Positions 38,795-53,352 of a stretch of 64,000 bases of DNA are shown here, one piece after another. The notes beneath the pieces are model-generated. The model was not told the DNA's origin and searched no databases. It saw nothing but the letters and a program-made list of their open reading frames with translations. The stretch is from Podarcis pityusensis (lineage: Eukaryota), in assembly GCA_964106645.2 (NCBI GenBank), contig OZ067040.1; one strand, 5' to 3'. Position 1 is the first letter of the stretch. Each line of letters starts with the position of its first letter. The translations under genes were made by a program, and so were the position numbers.

Positions 38795-39959
38795 TGCGCG
38801 CTCTCCAGCCTGAAGTTTGAAATGGTACCAGTTTATCACCTTGGTGAGAACTTGGCCCAAGATGGCCCCCTTTGGCAAGGAACTCTTGAAACCTTTATAA
38901 TCTGATGCCAGTTGGGTAGAATATGTGGTGTCAGATGGCAGTTGACTCATTGTACTATTGGGACCAGATTCTCATACCTACTTCTGATAAGGTCTAATTG
39001 CCACAGACTATTCTTATTTTTATCTTTCAGGTACAGCACTGTCACAATCCTAGTGGTGGAACCAGCAGCTCCATTCCTGTTCATCTTGTGATGCTCCAGC
39101 ATGCAATTCATGTGTGATGTGAGGGGATGTTGGATATTTTTGTGTAATACTACATTCACATGGCATAATGAAAAAACAAACACCAAGTCAATAAAACTGC
39201 TAACACATTTGGAAAGCTAAGCAGGGTCTGGTATGGTTTCAAACTGGATGGGGGATGAGATCCCTGCATTGCAGGGGGTTGGACTGGATAACCTTTGGGA
39301 TCTCTCCTAACTCTACAATTCAATGATTGTAAGTCCTGAAAATAAGTTCTGTGAACTAGGTAGCTCACTTGAAAAGTTTGCATTTGAAAGTGGTAGCTTT
39401 GCAGTGTAAGACCAAAGGGACAGTATTCCAGGAGCACTCTAGTCACATGAAACTGAGGAGCAGAAGCCACCTCATGGTGATGTTAACACCTCAGAAGTAG
39501 CTATTGCCACTAGGCCTCGCACGGCTGTTTTGAGGTGGGTGTTGAAGTTCTGGCAAAGCTACTGCTAACTTCTTTATTTGTTTGATTATTTGTGTTGTGA
39601 CCAGTTATACGGCAGAGACTTTACCTCCCCACTCAGCTCACTTCACCATGCCAAGCTGAGGTATTTAGCTGTCACTTCAAAGCAGTTCTGTCAGCCTTGG
39701 ACAAAAACTGTCCAAAGAAATCATTCCTAAGTAGAGAGGAGGAAGGGAAATAAATTAGAGGGCTAGAGCATAGGCAGTCAGCTTATATCAAGTCAGGCAG
39801 TTACTCCATCTAGCTCAATATTGTTTACACCGACTGGCAGCTGGTCTCTAGGGTTTCAGTCAAAAGTCTTTTTCAGCCCTACTTGGGGATACTGGAGATT
39901 GAAACTGAGATCTTTTGCATGTAAAGTTTCTACTGTGACCCTTTCTGCAGGCTGTGATA

Positions 39960-40436
39960 CCCTGTTTTCCCGAAAATAAGACAGTGTCTTATATTATTTT
40001 TTGCTCCCAAAGATGCGCTAGGTCTTATTTTCAGGGGGTGTCTTATTTTTCCATGAAGAAGAATACAGTACACATTTATTGTCTAATTGTGAGTCAGCCA
40101 GACTCTGTCAGGGCAGAGTGAGCAGCAGGTGGCAACTTGTCCTGGCGGCGGCGTGGGCTCTCTCCTTTAAAGAGACTTCACACTGCCTGAACAGCTCCAT
40201 CTGCGCTGCGGCCAATCAGTGAGCTGTGCGGCGGCGCCCGCTGCTATGGTCCAGAGGAGTCAGAAGATGCCTTATGGTAGCTTTGGGGGCCTTATATTTC
40301 GGGGAGGCCTTATGTTCGAGGGAGGCTTTATTATTGGGGAGGTCTTATTTTGGTGGGATGCCTTCTATTACAGCGAGAGGCAAAACTGGAAGTAGGTCTT
40401 CTTTTCGAGGGATGTCTTACTTTCGGGGAAACAGGG
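39960..40436. mobile_element. Tc1/mariner-superfamily MITE with subterminal repeats
   Basis: ta|CCCTGTTTTCCCGAAAATAAGACA...TGTCTTACTTTCGGGGAAACAGGG|ta; multiple ggtcttattttcgggg-like subterminal repeats. Confidence 0.85.
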
Positions 40437-41408
40437 TATGTATGGCCATCTGAAAATACAAAGAAATATATTTTAAAGAAGTATTTGGACCTAAAAATAG
40501 TCTGTGAGAGGAGAGAACCTGGAATATTATATTACACACACAGTGCTTTTTTCTGGGGGGCTGCAGGAGGTGCACATACCCCTAAACATTTTGTGAATCT
40601 TTGTACTTTTGTCCATTTACTGTATTTATTTTCCCTGATTTGAACTATAAAATAGTGATTTTCTTGAGTTAAAATGAGAGTACCCCTAAAGCACACACAC
40701 GAATCAAGTCACTCAAAGACAAGCATGAGTCTCAATAGTTTTTGTTTTCATCTGAAATGATGCAGTATGTTGCTGTTTTTTTTGTAGTCCCTTGAACTCA
40801 CCACTGCTCCCTTAACAGTGAAGTCATCATTGCGTAACTTTCTTTGGTAATGTGGCAAAGAGGTTTGGAAAACATGCAATTCTCTGAGGTTCCCTCCACC
40901 TTGAAACAGCAGCATTCTACAATGACTCTGGAACTTCCAGGGACTCATTCCAATAGACGACTGTAAACAAGACCATTGTGGAGTATAGTGATTGCGGTGA
41001 TTTTCCGAAATGCTCTGGAGCAGTAAGAGCTGTGGAACAGACTCCTTTGGGAAGTGGTGGACTCTCATTTCTTGGAAGTCTTTAAGCAGAGGTTGGATGG
41101 CCATCTGCCATGGATGCTTTAGTTGAGATTCCTGCATTGCAGGGGGTTGGACTAGATGACTCTTGGGGTCCCTTCCAACTCTACAATTTTATGATTCTAT
41201 GGTCTACATTGGGATCTACTGCCTGAGATGGTTGCCTCATTTTGGAATGTGCCATGGGCTATATGCATACCTTACTTTTAAAACACATCCCCTGCAGCAA
41301 TCCCAGTAACTATCATTTACCTCTTACAGAGCTACCATTCTCAGCAACCTTAACAATCTACAGCTCCCATGTTTCTTTTGTGTATGTGTGCACTTTAAAC
41401 CTTTTCTG

Positions 41409-41448
<40 letters not shown>

Positions 41449-42783
41449 TATTATTTATATCCCGCCCTCCCCGGCCAAAGCTGGGCTCGAAGTGGCTAAC
41501 AACAAGTAAAAATAGCAGTGTACATAAAATCACATAGTCAATTAATTAAAATACATTCTAGAATCAATTCAGAATCAAATTAATGGCAACCATTGAGCTA
41601 GAGTTCTATGAAGATTACAGAAGCGGGGGGGGGGGGAATTAAGGAATGTGCCTTTCCTTAATTATTCTACAAAGCAGGGATGAGAAACCTGTGACTCTCC
41701 ATATAATGTTTGACTACAGCTCCCTTCATCCCTGATCATTGCCCATGCTGGCTGTGACTGATGGGAAATGGAGTCCCCCAGCATTTGGAAAGATTGTTGA
41801 AATTACTGATTGGGGTATTAAAAAGCAAGCATGCAACTGAAGGAAGGGGGATAAATTTGGTTCATCTTGCATATCTACACCTCCCAAAGCAGCAAGGAGC
41901 CTCAGTTAAATCTGGTACACAGCCCTAATAAATGAGAACACTCTCATTATAGCTCATTATAGTCGTAGTACCAGAACTCAAGGAAAAAGAAAAGAGAGCA
42001 GGAAACTGGGATAAAAACTCAGCTGAGAGTTCTCATTTTAGGTTGTCGTATAAAGTGAACTTTGGAGCTTCATGATGAACACAGAGGTGTATTTCACAGA
42101 TAAAGCACTTCTATTTTTCTCTTTAATTATATAGGGATGCTGGTGGCAAGAACAGTATTTGCTAATTCCTGACCACCTGACTCTGAATTTGGATACCTTA
42201 ATCCAGGCATAGATGTCAATTTGCTTGGGTCACAGCTTGGAAAGGGCCTACAAATAAAACGGCAGGTCATTTGAATGTTTGGTACTTTGCCACATACTTG
42301 AAAAGCTCCCTATATAGGCAGCATCACCTTTCTAGAGCCCTGAGGTAATCGGGTTAGAAATAAAGAACGTTTCAAGTGCCTGAGCCTGATCTAATATACC
42401 TGTTCTGGGAATAATAAATTAAAGACTTTATTATGCTCCATATACTTTAATGGATAGGCGTAGCTGTTGTTACATCATATCCTCAGGGATTTCCGCACAC
42501 CGTGTTCCTAACTGCATTCCATCCTTTGAGAATATCTGGCAAGGCACGATCCAATACCCTTCCTCTTAAATTCAACATACATATGCAGTTCTACTTTTCT
42601 AGAAAAAGAGGTGCCGGAACTCACCATGAACGCCTCCCCTGTTCTCTTATAATGGCAATGGCACCTGAGAGTTGCTGGAATGGAGTTCCAAGGAGTTCCA
42701 GCTGAAAAAAAGTTCTGCATATATGTACAGGTAGGAAGAAGCATGGGAGTCCACAGGAGCTTTTTTCCCCAGAGGGCTGCACC

Positions 42784-43030
42784 CTCTATAAGACGTACCA
42801 GACCACAAGACGCACCTAGTTTTTGGAGGAGGAAAACAAGAAAAAAAATATTCTGAATCTCAGAAGCCAGAACAGCAAGAGGGATCGCTGTGCAGTGAAA
42901 GCAGCAATCCCTCTTGCTGTTCTGGCTTCTGGGATAGCTGCGCAGCCTGCATTCACTCCATAAGACGCACACACATTTCCCCTTATTTTTTAGGAGGGAA
43001 AAAGTGAGTCTTATAGAGCAAAAAATACGG
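42784..43030. mobile_element. Tc2/pogo-like MITE (left TIR clipped), near-identical inverse of the 7140 copy
   Basis: Near-identical to the reverse complement of 7140-7398; the ORF track shows the same junk peptide. Confidence 0.88.
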
Positions 43031-45750
43031 TAAATATTCCAAATAAATAAACATACAAGGCATAGCAAGTCTACTATTTCTGGGTCACCTGGTGACAGAG
43101 CAGTGGCAAGGCCTAGGTAGACCTAGCCTCTAAGAAACTTGTATTCCAGGTTTCTTCAACCATGGTTCCTCAGTGGGCAAAGCTGTTGTCTATTGGCAAG
43201 TAGACCTGGCCTCTAGATGTCCTTTCCTGCTAAAACCCTCAATTATTTCCCCCTGTCTCCCTTCATCAGCCACTGCAGCACTCTCAGAGAGAAGTTTATT
43301 TCCATCTCCCCTCTGTTCAGAATAGCTGGGATGGCAGGTGTGTAATCTTGGCATCCAGTTAAATGTGGGCATGTTGTTCAATGTAGGAGAAGTGGAACCA
43401 GGGCTGACAGGAAATGAGCAGGAAGAGCAGGTCTTTAGTGCACTGTCAATTTCTGAGGCGATACATATTGAGTTTTTTTGCAGGTGCCATAGGATGTACT
43501 GGTGGGTACACTACTGACTTCTGATTCTTATGATGGTTTGTGAGTAGCTATTAAATAATATATAAATACAAGTGGGGCCTGTAATAAAATGGTGCAGTGT
43601 GAAGTGCTCCTGTTCAGGATGCCAGCCAGCCACCAGAGCTTCTTCAGAGTACTCCATTCCATCCCCCCCATTCCCCAACAAACACTCAAGAATTCTGTGG
43701 TCACTGAGCAGTCTTTAGGCCAATTGGGTCCTTTTGTCAAAGTATTTTTTTCCTACTTGTGCAAACTTTGGGGTTCTCCAAAGCGTAGGAGCCAACTCCC
43801 AAGGGACCGTGTGGGCTTCGGCCCCCACAATAAAATATTTGAGGGGACCACCCCCCCAAGTTGATGACCATTCCCATTCAAAAGGTGTGTGTGCACTGCG
43901 TCATGTGGTTGATTATGCAAGACAGGGCTTACCTGGGCCCCCACAATATTTTATTCAAGTTGGCATCCCTGCTCCAGATCATGCCTATATCCCTCTTGTT
44001 TCCCAGTAGTGTTTCACAGCTCAACACCTGATATATATGGTGTTTTAATTTTGTTTGTCTAAAGTTCTATTATGCCTGCTTCAGTATCCATGAAAAAAAG
44101 CATTGCTCGAAATTTGTGCACGTTGGATTTTCAACTTTTAAAAAGTATAACAAATCCATGCATTTTAAAAGGACTTTTGAAAACGTAAAGTCTTCCCTCC
44201 AACTTGCACCCATAAAATTTCTCTCTCTCTCATTGTGCTCCTTTGACCTGGGTAGTCAGTTTAATATAGAGTCATAATCTACAGCTTCCTCTGCAGCAGA
44301 CCCAGTATGACCCACGACCCCAGTTATCAAGCACTACCAGAAAAAGATCAGTCAGTGACAGTCAGGGCAGTTGTTGGCTGGCAAGAGTTCTGAACCATCT
44401 CAGGTTGCATCTGCCTCTACTGGAGTCAAGGCTGTTGACAAACAGAGTGTTCCACTTTCCACTCCATCTCACTAGTTTGACCTTTGCGAGGCCAGAGGGA
44501 GCAGCACTTGGTATATATACACAGAACATAGAAAAATTCACTGTCGGAGAAGCTAAGAGGCCCTTGAGTTTGCAGCCTGTCCTAAATTCTCCGAGGTTTT
44601 CTTCTTGTGCCACTACATCACTTGTTATTTTTGAATACAAGCGAAAGGGAATTAAACATTCCTTTACAATGAGTTCCCTAAAAATAGAACAGAACAGAAC
44701 CTCCTGCGTAGTTTTAAATTGCCAGTACAAAGGACTTTGTGTGCTGTCTTGAATTCTTTGCCTTGAATTCTGTGCATGGACGGTGGGATATGATTTATTT
44801 ATTTTTAATGCAGATCATAAAGCTGTTGATAAATGTAGAGCAATGGTTGCCAATCACCCACTGGTGCCAGTGTGCCCACCAATAGCTCTTGTGGTACCCA
44901 TGAAAGGTCTCAGTAAATGCCTTCTCAAAAACCCATTATGTAAGGGAGACCTTTTGCTATTTCTGCTCAGTTTCTGTTTTCACTGGCTTGGTATTGGATA
45001 GCAGGATTGGACACTCACCGTCCATAGTGCTCTGAACAGAAGAGAGGTGCAAAGAGCTGCTCTCTGTGAATGAGCATGGCAGTGGCTGATGCAGCGGCAT
45101 TTTTTCCCTAATCATGGGGGTGGCTGATATGAGTGAATGTCTGCACCATTTTAGGATCCTATTGCTTTCTGTCTTTCAAAAGATTTCATTTAAACAATGA
45201 TACACAAGCAGCCATATCCAGCACCATCATAGATCTACAAATAAACTACAAGCACCAGTATTGATTCACTTGTTCTGTTGTCCAACATCTGCCTGCTTTT
45301 TTCTTCTCACTTTTATTGTGACTATTAAATTAGATGCATACATAAAGGGGGGGGGGACAGTTCAGCTGAAAGAAAAACAATCAAATCCTGTTTGGGCTTG
45401 GGGAAGACAATGATTCTCATGGCAATATTGTATAAAGAGGGATCAACTTCCCCAGAATCCATTCCTTCTGTCTCCTGATGCTTTCCCCCTTAAATAAGAA
45501 GTAAATTTAGCCAGCTTTGTGAAATGTCCCCCCTTTTTTATTAAACCAATCTTTCTGCTCTTTTAGATGTAGCTGGTGCTCACAGCACTTTCTCAAAATT
45601 CCAGATGTGCCCACTTGGCAAAAGGTTGGAGACCCATGCTATAGAAGGCAGGTGCCTAGGATGAATTGCACTGGAAGGCTGGCCAAGTGGACCATGTGAA
45701 GATCACAGGTGAGATTGATGCTAGAGAGGAGGGATGGAGTTTATTTTATA

Positions 45751-45751
<1 letters not shown>

Positions 45752-45786
<35 letters not shown>
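45752..45786. repeat. (CA)n microsatellite
   Basis: Directly visible. Confidence 0.95.
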
Positions 45787-45788
<2 letters not shown>

Positions 45789-48589
45789 CAAATGTGCAAG
45801 GCAATGCTTTGTGTAGTAAGAGAAACAGCACTATTTCTCATTTGGACCCTGAGAAATTCAATTGAAATTGCATCGTACTTTCTACAGTCCTTCACCTACA
45901 CTGTCTGTTGATGTGGTTTGTTTTGAACCTTGAGAGCCCTTTTCAGATGCTCAATAACAAATAGATGGGAGGCACATGTTTGCTGTTGTTCTGTTGTGAG
46001 TGCTGTGTAGGAAGGAGCAGACACACACTCTGAGGTTGCTGAAAACCAAGAATGTTTTGCTTGTACAGCGCTGTTATTGCTGGCACCAACTAGTGGCCTT
46101 AACTGTAACCAACTTTACAGCGACTATATCAGTGATGACTCTGTTCTACTTTCTCTTTGGAGGTACGGTAGTTTGCCTCTGAATACCATTTGCTGGGAAT
46201 CACAGGTGGAGCAAGTACTGTTGCGCTCAGGCTTGTGGGCTTCCCATAGATGTTTGTGGTTGGCCACTGTGAGAACAGGATGCTAAACTAGATAGGCCAT
46301 TGACCTGATCCAGCAGGCTCTTCTTAAATCCTCTTGGAAATTAGCTCTACACAGATTTAACGTCTGAGAAACACCTGTTTGCACCATCAGCTTTGTCCAT
46401 GTGCTCATGCGAGGAAAGGCTGCTCTGTGGACTGCTTACCCGGGGAGCTGTTTCTCTGATCACAGATGCTGGAAAAAGTTCAGTGACTATTATAAATACG
46501 GCTGTCATCTCCCCAAGCGTACAGTTAGGGTTTTACATGCCTGTCTATGTCCTTTCAGAATTCAAGAATGGGAACTGGCTCAAAGTGTTCAGGAAACCAC
46601 AAACTTCTCCCTCCTGTTTGCGGGATGTGACTGCCGGGGTTCATGAGATTCTGCTCATGTGATTAATTTTTGCCATGTTGGTGTTTTGATAAGTTTTGTA
46701 GTTCTTTGGTTGACAACATGAGACTGTCAAGGCATATTTGGACACTGGCAGCATGGCATCACATTCCAGATGCTTACTGTGTCAAGATAAAGCTGACCTC
46801 ATGCCAGTGAAAACAAGGGATTCGCTAAACTAGAAAAGGTTTATGTCGTGCCTTTCCCTTTTTCTATTCCTTTATACCAGCTGAGAAAAAGATTCAAACA
46901 TGCCCATTCCACCCGCCTCTCAGTCAATATTAATGGGTAAGTGTTGCCAGTGCATAAGATGAGAGGCATTACAAATGTCTAACCTTGTTCTCCCTGCAGC
47001 CAGAGAAAGCAGCCATTCCTGCAGAATTAATCTCTGAGCTCTTGCTGTTCACACCACGTCTGCCTTGCCACCCTTTGAAGATGATAATAAAACTCAGCAG
47101 CAGGCTTAAAACTCCTGCAAATGTAAATATCTACTAACAGAGTTCTCCGAATCGGATGCCTTCCCCATTCACATCAGAGGGAAACAAATGCAGTACATTT
47201 CGATCCTATCCTTAGCTCAGAAATGTAAAATAAAACCTCAAAGGATCAACAGTTAGCAGTATTTTATTATTATTGTTTTCCTTTCTAGCTCCAAAGATGT
47301 CAATTCAGCCTCAACAGAAAGGTATGGCCAGGAAAGGAATTACTAGCTCAGCTCTACCCATGATCATTTACCTCTGAGCTAAGCAGCCACTTGAGAAGGT
47401 GATAGATATTTATAGATCCAAACAATCCTTCTCCAGCTGTTGCCAAACACACAGCCAACTCTCGGTTTAGGGTGTCCACACTGTGGATGGGGGAAGAAAT
47501 TCAGTTCAGTGTGCGTTTTAAATGTGAGCCTCCCTAATTCACGCTTCCTGCAACAATGAGTGAACTGAAACACAGCTATCCTTCACAATTTTCTGAATTT
47601 TGTGACAAACGTCTCCACACCAAGATATGCATGCAATAGTGGAAAGTGTGCATTTAAAAAAGCTTGGACCCAAGTTTGCTGAAGCTATGAGAGGAGCAAT
47701 GAGAGACACTATTGGGGCATAATCTTCCGCACCCCCTCCATTCCACAGACTTCCAGGTGTAAATATGGCTTTACACCTGATTTAGATTCTCAGCTTTGAA
47801 ATTTCACACTGTCCAGAGTTTACGGTTTAAGCCGTGCACATGCCAGCACAGCTGTTGTTTAGGTAATGGGCTGCAGATGAAAGGCTACATGAAGTCCTTG
47901 CCTTGTGGCTGCGCCAACGGCCGCTCCTGGCTGCGAAGCTGACACCGCTGGAACTTTATTGCAAGGTAAGTGAAATGTGGTGAGAAGCACACAGGAAACT
48001 TTGCTGTGCGTTAAGCTTCCTGCCAGGCCACTATCTGTGCGTGTAGAAGCTAAGCCGGTTAGCCTTGCAAAGTGGATCTGCTCATGATAATCTAGGTTTA
48101 ACCCTTGGGCTGAGGCCACGACAGTAGCAATAGTGAATCCAGGGCAGTGTGTGTTCAATCGAGGAAATATTTTTGAAAAGGCAGTTTAAAAATAAAAGAC
48201 AATCTCTTAAAAACAACAACACGGGTATAAAATGAGATTGACTGCTGCTAATTCTTGGGAATTTAACTTCAACACATGGTCACATCCCCAGCTGATTGAT
48301 ATCTAGCAGGAGGGGGTAGCACACCAGTATATATAAACCTGCAAACATAGATCTCATCACTGAAGCCAACTCCAGGGGGTGGTGGGTGCTTCGGCACCCA
48401 CAATAATATATTTTGGGGGGCTGGACCCCCCCAAAGTCAATGGGCAAAGTTGAAGCCCTTTGTTGCGGGCACCCAGTCTTTGGTGCAAGATGGCACCTAT
48501 GGATCTCAGGGCTGGTCTGCAGAGGGTGAGCTTATATATTCTGATTCACGACTTTGTCTCCCAGCACCTTGACTAATGTGTCCATCTTT

Positions 48590-48730
48590 TCCCTGGCCTG
48601 TTGATCCCGCTTTGCCTCCTCACCTCTGTCCAGCACTCACATGGCTCAGACCACGTGATTGTCATTCAATCCCTGTGCTGGCTTCCTGCCTGCTCCCAGA
48701 ACCAGTACAAGATCCTTGCTTTAAATCCCA
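48590..48730 (+). mobile_element. Old L2 fragment
   Basis: Translates DHVIVIQSLCWLP...QYKILAL, resembling the L2 H-x-T-P-x-L-x-x-L-H-W-L-P...KIL motif. Confidence 0.55.
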
Positions 48731-49775
48731 GTGTATCTTTGCCTCAGTTGCCTGTGGCAATTGCTTACCTGGTTGCAACGCTCTCAGCCAGCAGTGGCCC
48801 CCCAGTCATGGTGGCACTGCATGGGGCAGGAGAAGGCAGTGGTGAGGTCAGGGCAGTTCTGCCTTGCCTGCATTGGCGTCCTGCAAGTGTACACACAACT
48901 GTGGGACCCCAATGCCACCAACTTGGAGCTCCCCTACTCTTGCCATTCCCTACTTTATCCTGATGAACATGGGCAGCTGCCTCCAAGAGAGTACTACTGC
49001 TTTTTGATCACCCCTTACATGCTACTGCTGCCCTCAGTCATATGAAGTTCTCTTCTCCATCAATAAATTTCACTTGTCCTCCTTTGCCGCTCCTTATGCT
49101 TTCAGACTGCACCTATCTACATGGGCTCACCTCTCTGGCTTAAAAAATGTTGCCCTGTTTTCTGTTTCTTGGTAACACAACAGCGTGATGATAGGGATGT
49201 GACAGAAACATGGGAAATTGCTTTTCAGTATATTGTTGCTCCATTTAGTAGCACATATAGGAATTGACAGAAATCTGACCAACATAGGGCCACTGAGAAA
49301 CACGAGGAAGGTATTAAGGTATTGTCATGTTTGGGGAACCGCAAGATTTGCAGATGTACAAAGATCTATTATGAAACCCAAGGAGGCAAATCTTTCCAAA
49401 ATCAGGCCAATGAAGAAGACCCATGTTCAGCTATCTCCAGGAGTTTGCAACTGGAGACTATATACAACTAAACAGTTGCACTAGCAGAAGTTAGATCAAC
49501 AATTCCAGCTAGTGCAAAGGGACGTCCCCCCCTCTTCTCCCCACTATGCACCCTCCCCAAATCTGAGAACCCCCAGAGCAGTGCACAACAGGGTGGGAGA
49601 GGAGATTGTTCCATCAGTGCAAGCAATTCTGCTTGCCCAATGGAACAATCTTCTTAACACTACTTTAAATATAACCCTATGATTTTAACTTCAAGGTTAC
49701 AATTTCTTGGTATAAAACCACAAAAGTACAAATGCAATATAAAACTCTGCAACTAAAAAAAAGAGAGAGAGATAA

Positions 49776-49781
49776 TTTATT
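49776..49781 (-). terminator. Probable PCARE polyadenylation signal
   Basis: Minus-strand AATAAA followed by a U/GU-rich downstream tract (ttttttttagttgcagagtttt), ~2 kb after the stop codon. Confidence 0.5.
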
Positions 49782-50967
49782 CCATGGCAAGGTTTCTCAC
49801 CGTGGTTTATAAAGCGAAGAAATGTAAGTTTTGAATATACATCACTGTAATTCATATTCACAAATATACAGACTTGGTGAAAAATGGAAATGGTATTTAC
49901 ACAAATATACATAGCAGTGTAACATAACTTAAAAAAAAAATACAGAAACTTTTAAAAAGCCATTAACCAACATAGAGTCATATAAAGCTGGTTGGTAGCA
50001 GAAATGTGGAATTTATGTGCTTATGTAATTATTCTTTAAAAAATACTTCATAAATATATTGATGGTCTGCCTTCAATCTCAAGTGTAGCCTTATATTTAA
50101 GCCAGCCTTCTCCTACCTGCTGTCCACCAGACTTTTTGGACTACATCTCCCATCAGCCCCAGTCAGAACACCTGTGATTGGGGACGGGGAATAGGAGTTG
50201 TAGCCAAAAACATCTGTACAGCAGCCGGCTGGGGAGAGCCATTTTAATCCATATTAATGCAGGAGCGAATAAAGGACTCCTTTCTCTGGTGCCACCTTAT
50301 GAACCAAATGAACATTATCACAATGAGAGAAATACTTGGTTGATTGGGCCCGTGATCCCGTTCCATGAAATATGCAGATGCTTTTTGAGTGCTTCTAAAA
50401 AGACCTGATTGGGCATGACACATTTGCTCTCATCAGGAATCAAGATGAAGCTTTTCTGTGATACAGAAGCAATGAGATTACACAGTGGCTAAGGCTACAT
50501 CATCTGGGAGGGGGGGAAAACCCCCAGACCTTGGAAAGAGAGCCTTATCTAATTCATTATTCAATTTCATTGATATTATTGTGCATTGGCTGGCTGCCTT
50601 TCGTTCTCTTTTTGAGTGAGCCTATGCAAAACTGAAATTCAGAATCCATTAGAATTCCCTGAGATGCCACCTAGTTTTATAGTCTACCTGCACTGTCCAA
50701 ACACAGAGTGGTTAGCAGGTGCAATATCTGCTCATTGCAGCTGCCTATGCCATACCTTCTGCTCTGTTATGTTCATTTGCACTGTAGACAGAAGTTATTC
50801 CTGATATTGAGAGACAGTCCATACTGGGGCAGGAATAAAGTGGGCTCCCTTTTTTTTTTTTACTGCTCCGGGAAGAATAGTTCTTCATGCTTCCATTTCC
50901 TTCTAGGGGTGAAAGAGTGGAAATTCTTATGGTGCAAACATGCCTTTTAGTGTGTTCCTATACCTGT

Positions 50968-51356
50968 GGGATGCGGGTGGTGCTGTGGTCTAAACCACTG
51001 AGCCTCTTGGGCTTGCCGATGGGAAGGTCAGCAGTTTGAATCCCTGCGACAGGGTGAGCTCCTGTTCCTCTGTCCCAGCTCTTCCCAACCTAGGAGTTCG
51101 AAAACACGCCAGTGCAAGTAGATAAATAGGTACCACTGTGGAGGGTGGAAAGGTAAATGGCATTTTTGTGCACTCTGGCACTCATCACAGTGTCCCGCTG
51201 CACCAGAAGCGGCTTAGTCCTGCTGGCCACATGACCCGGAAAGCTGTCTGTGGACAAATGCCAGCTCCCTCAGCCTCAAAGCAAGATGAGCACTGTAACC
51301 CCATGGTCGGCTTTGACAGGACTTAACCGTCCAGGGGGCCTTTACCTTTACCTTTT
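50968..51356 (+). mobile_element. Sauria SINE with TSD tatacctgt, within the inferred PCARE 3'UTR
   Basis: Full head-to-tail copy with (ACCTTT)n tail; TSD at 50959-50967 and 51357-51365. Confidence 0.9.
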
Positions 51357-51823
51357 TATACCTGTGTACTTGGAAGTAAGGCCTATTGAACTCAATGGGG
51401 CTTACTTTCAGGAGAGTGTTATGGGGTAGCCTGCTGTACAGAGGTAAAAATCACATTCATTGCTCTGACTGTGCTTGTTTTTGCCTCTGGCCCCACCCAA
51501 TGCTGGCATGTGGCGCCCAGGAAGGTGGCCTTACAGATCTGCTCTGTAAGTATTTCCTTGCAGTTCTCACACACTCTGTAGCTCACAGTGGCCCAGACTG
51601 TGACCATGCAGGTTGGCGGATGATCTCTCCTCTTGGAGGGGAAAGCTGGTCAGGATGACCTTCAGAACTCAAGTTCCAAAGGTCTGTGATGCTAAACCAG
51701 GAACCAGTATTCATTCTTCTTTGACATGGTGAAGAAAGTGAAACATTGCAGCTTGGGGCTACACATGAAAAGATTCTTGGTCCTGGGCCACAGCTTTCCA
51801 GTTGCCAGCATTATCACTTCCAC

Positions 51824-51953
51824 TCAGTCCTTCTGGAGTCCTTGACCCACAATGTAGAGTTCAGGGTGGGAAGATGACTTGCCTGCTTTTCTGCCCTCAG
51901 AAGAACATGGACTGTTCCAAGAGTCCACCTCTTTCCTATGGCTCTCTTCCATT
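51824..51953 (-). CDS. PCARE: PCARE exon 2 (C-terminus)
   Basis: ttttttgcag|A acceptor, phase 2 compatible; (R)MEESHRKEVDSWNSPCSSEGRKAGKSSSHPELYIVGQGLQKD*; total protein 1291 aa. Confidence 0.92.
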
Positions 51954-52849
51954 CTGCAAAAAAAGAAGACGTTTAAGACCAAAGGCTAATGACGTATGAC
52001 CTTTTAAAAGCGAAAGAATGAATATAACATGTAAACTCATGATAGAACACCATCAGCAGCTATTTAGGTGTTTATTATTCTGTACAATCCAGTTTTGAAT
52101 TCTAATTGCCTCATACCAAAATGAAGCTCCATTACATAAAAATCTATCACCATTTGGGAGCTAAGAATTATTAGCACAAGTCGTCAAAGGTAACCCAAAT
52201 TCTGCATCAAGAAAAGTACACTTCTGTCATCTGTGTAAAGTATGCAAATAAAAAAATTAAAGCGAGGAGGACTATTGGTTTGTTTTAATTTTTGTTTTAT
52301 TGTGTATTTTGTGTTTATTTATTTGTATTTTTATGTTGTGAAGGAAAGTATATAAATTTTAAAAATAATAACAGTAATAATTATAAAAATTAAGCAAATG
52401 TGCACATGGTTTCATAACTATGAAAGCTGCGATTTTCAGAATGCTGAATATTCACATGAAATTCACATTCACGTGTGTTTCTTCATAGGTATATGTTTTA
52501 TCACAGACTTTACCAACCTGGCACTCTCCAGATGTTTTGGACTACATCTCCTATAAGCCCCAGGAAGCACCTCTGGGTAAAGGATCTGTCTGTAGTGCTT
52601 CTCACACTGATGGCACGAGTATATAATGTAACATATATCTGACTACTTCCCATAAATTAAGTAATTGCTGGACAAGGTAAAAAATAGATTGTGCTATCTG
52701 CATCAATATTTCATGTTCAAACAATAAAAGATAACATGATTTGGTACAAATGCATTTAATGAAAGAGCACCAATATACATATTGTTATGAGTTGTGGGTG
52801 GCCAGGGTTTGCGGGTGCCAGTTTCCCCTAAATTCCTGGGTCTGATAGG

Positions 52850-53352
52850 TGTTAGAATTTAATAATTGCTTAGAGTGTTAAAATGGGCTACCAGACAGTT
52901 CTATGAGTCTGTATTAAATAAGAGGTGGGCCATTAACAGAAAATAAAGACTGTGCAAACTGGCAAATAGGTGGAGCCCCTCCTTGAGTTCTGAGATAGCT
53001 AGCAAAGATAAAGCAGAGTAGAGTTTAGGATTGCAGTGATAAGAGAAAATAATGGCCGTCTGTAAAGCGCAGCAGGCTGGGGAGAGGGGCAGAGAGCACA
53101 TTTGAGAGCAATGGTTGGGGTCAGCTTAAATCCAAGGCTGCTGTGGCTATTGGAGCAGCCAGAACCTCTTGGGGTACTGATGCTGTGAACCCCTCCATTG
53201 TAGGCTCAGGATGTATATTTGTGCAAATAAACCATATATCATAAAGATACCTGTGCCTCATTTTCCAAAAGGAAACACAGACCCTGTGTTAAACATGTCA
53301 GGAAACCGTGGAATCTTGTACCTTTCAGAGTTTGGGGTGGCGTTTAACAACA
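52850..53352 (+). mobile_element. Possible solo LTR remnant
   Basis: TGTTA...AACA termini and an internal AATAAA (~53226); no matching TSD found. Confidence 0.35.

Noticed and set aside
42508-43068. 186-aa ORF sharing a peptide with ORFs at 7198 and 12664, suggesting a gene family
   Set aside because: The shared peptide is translated non-coding MITE sequence.
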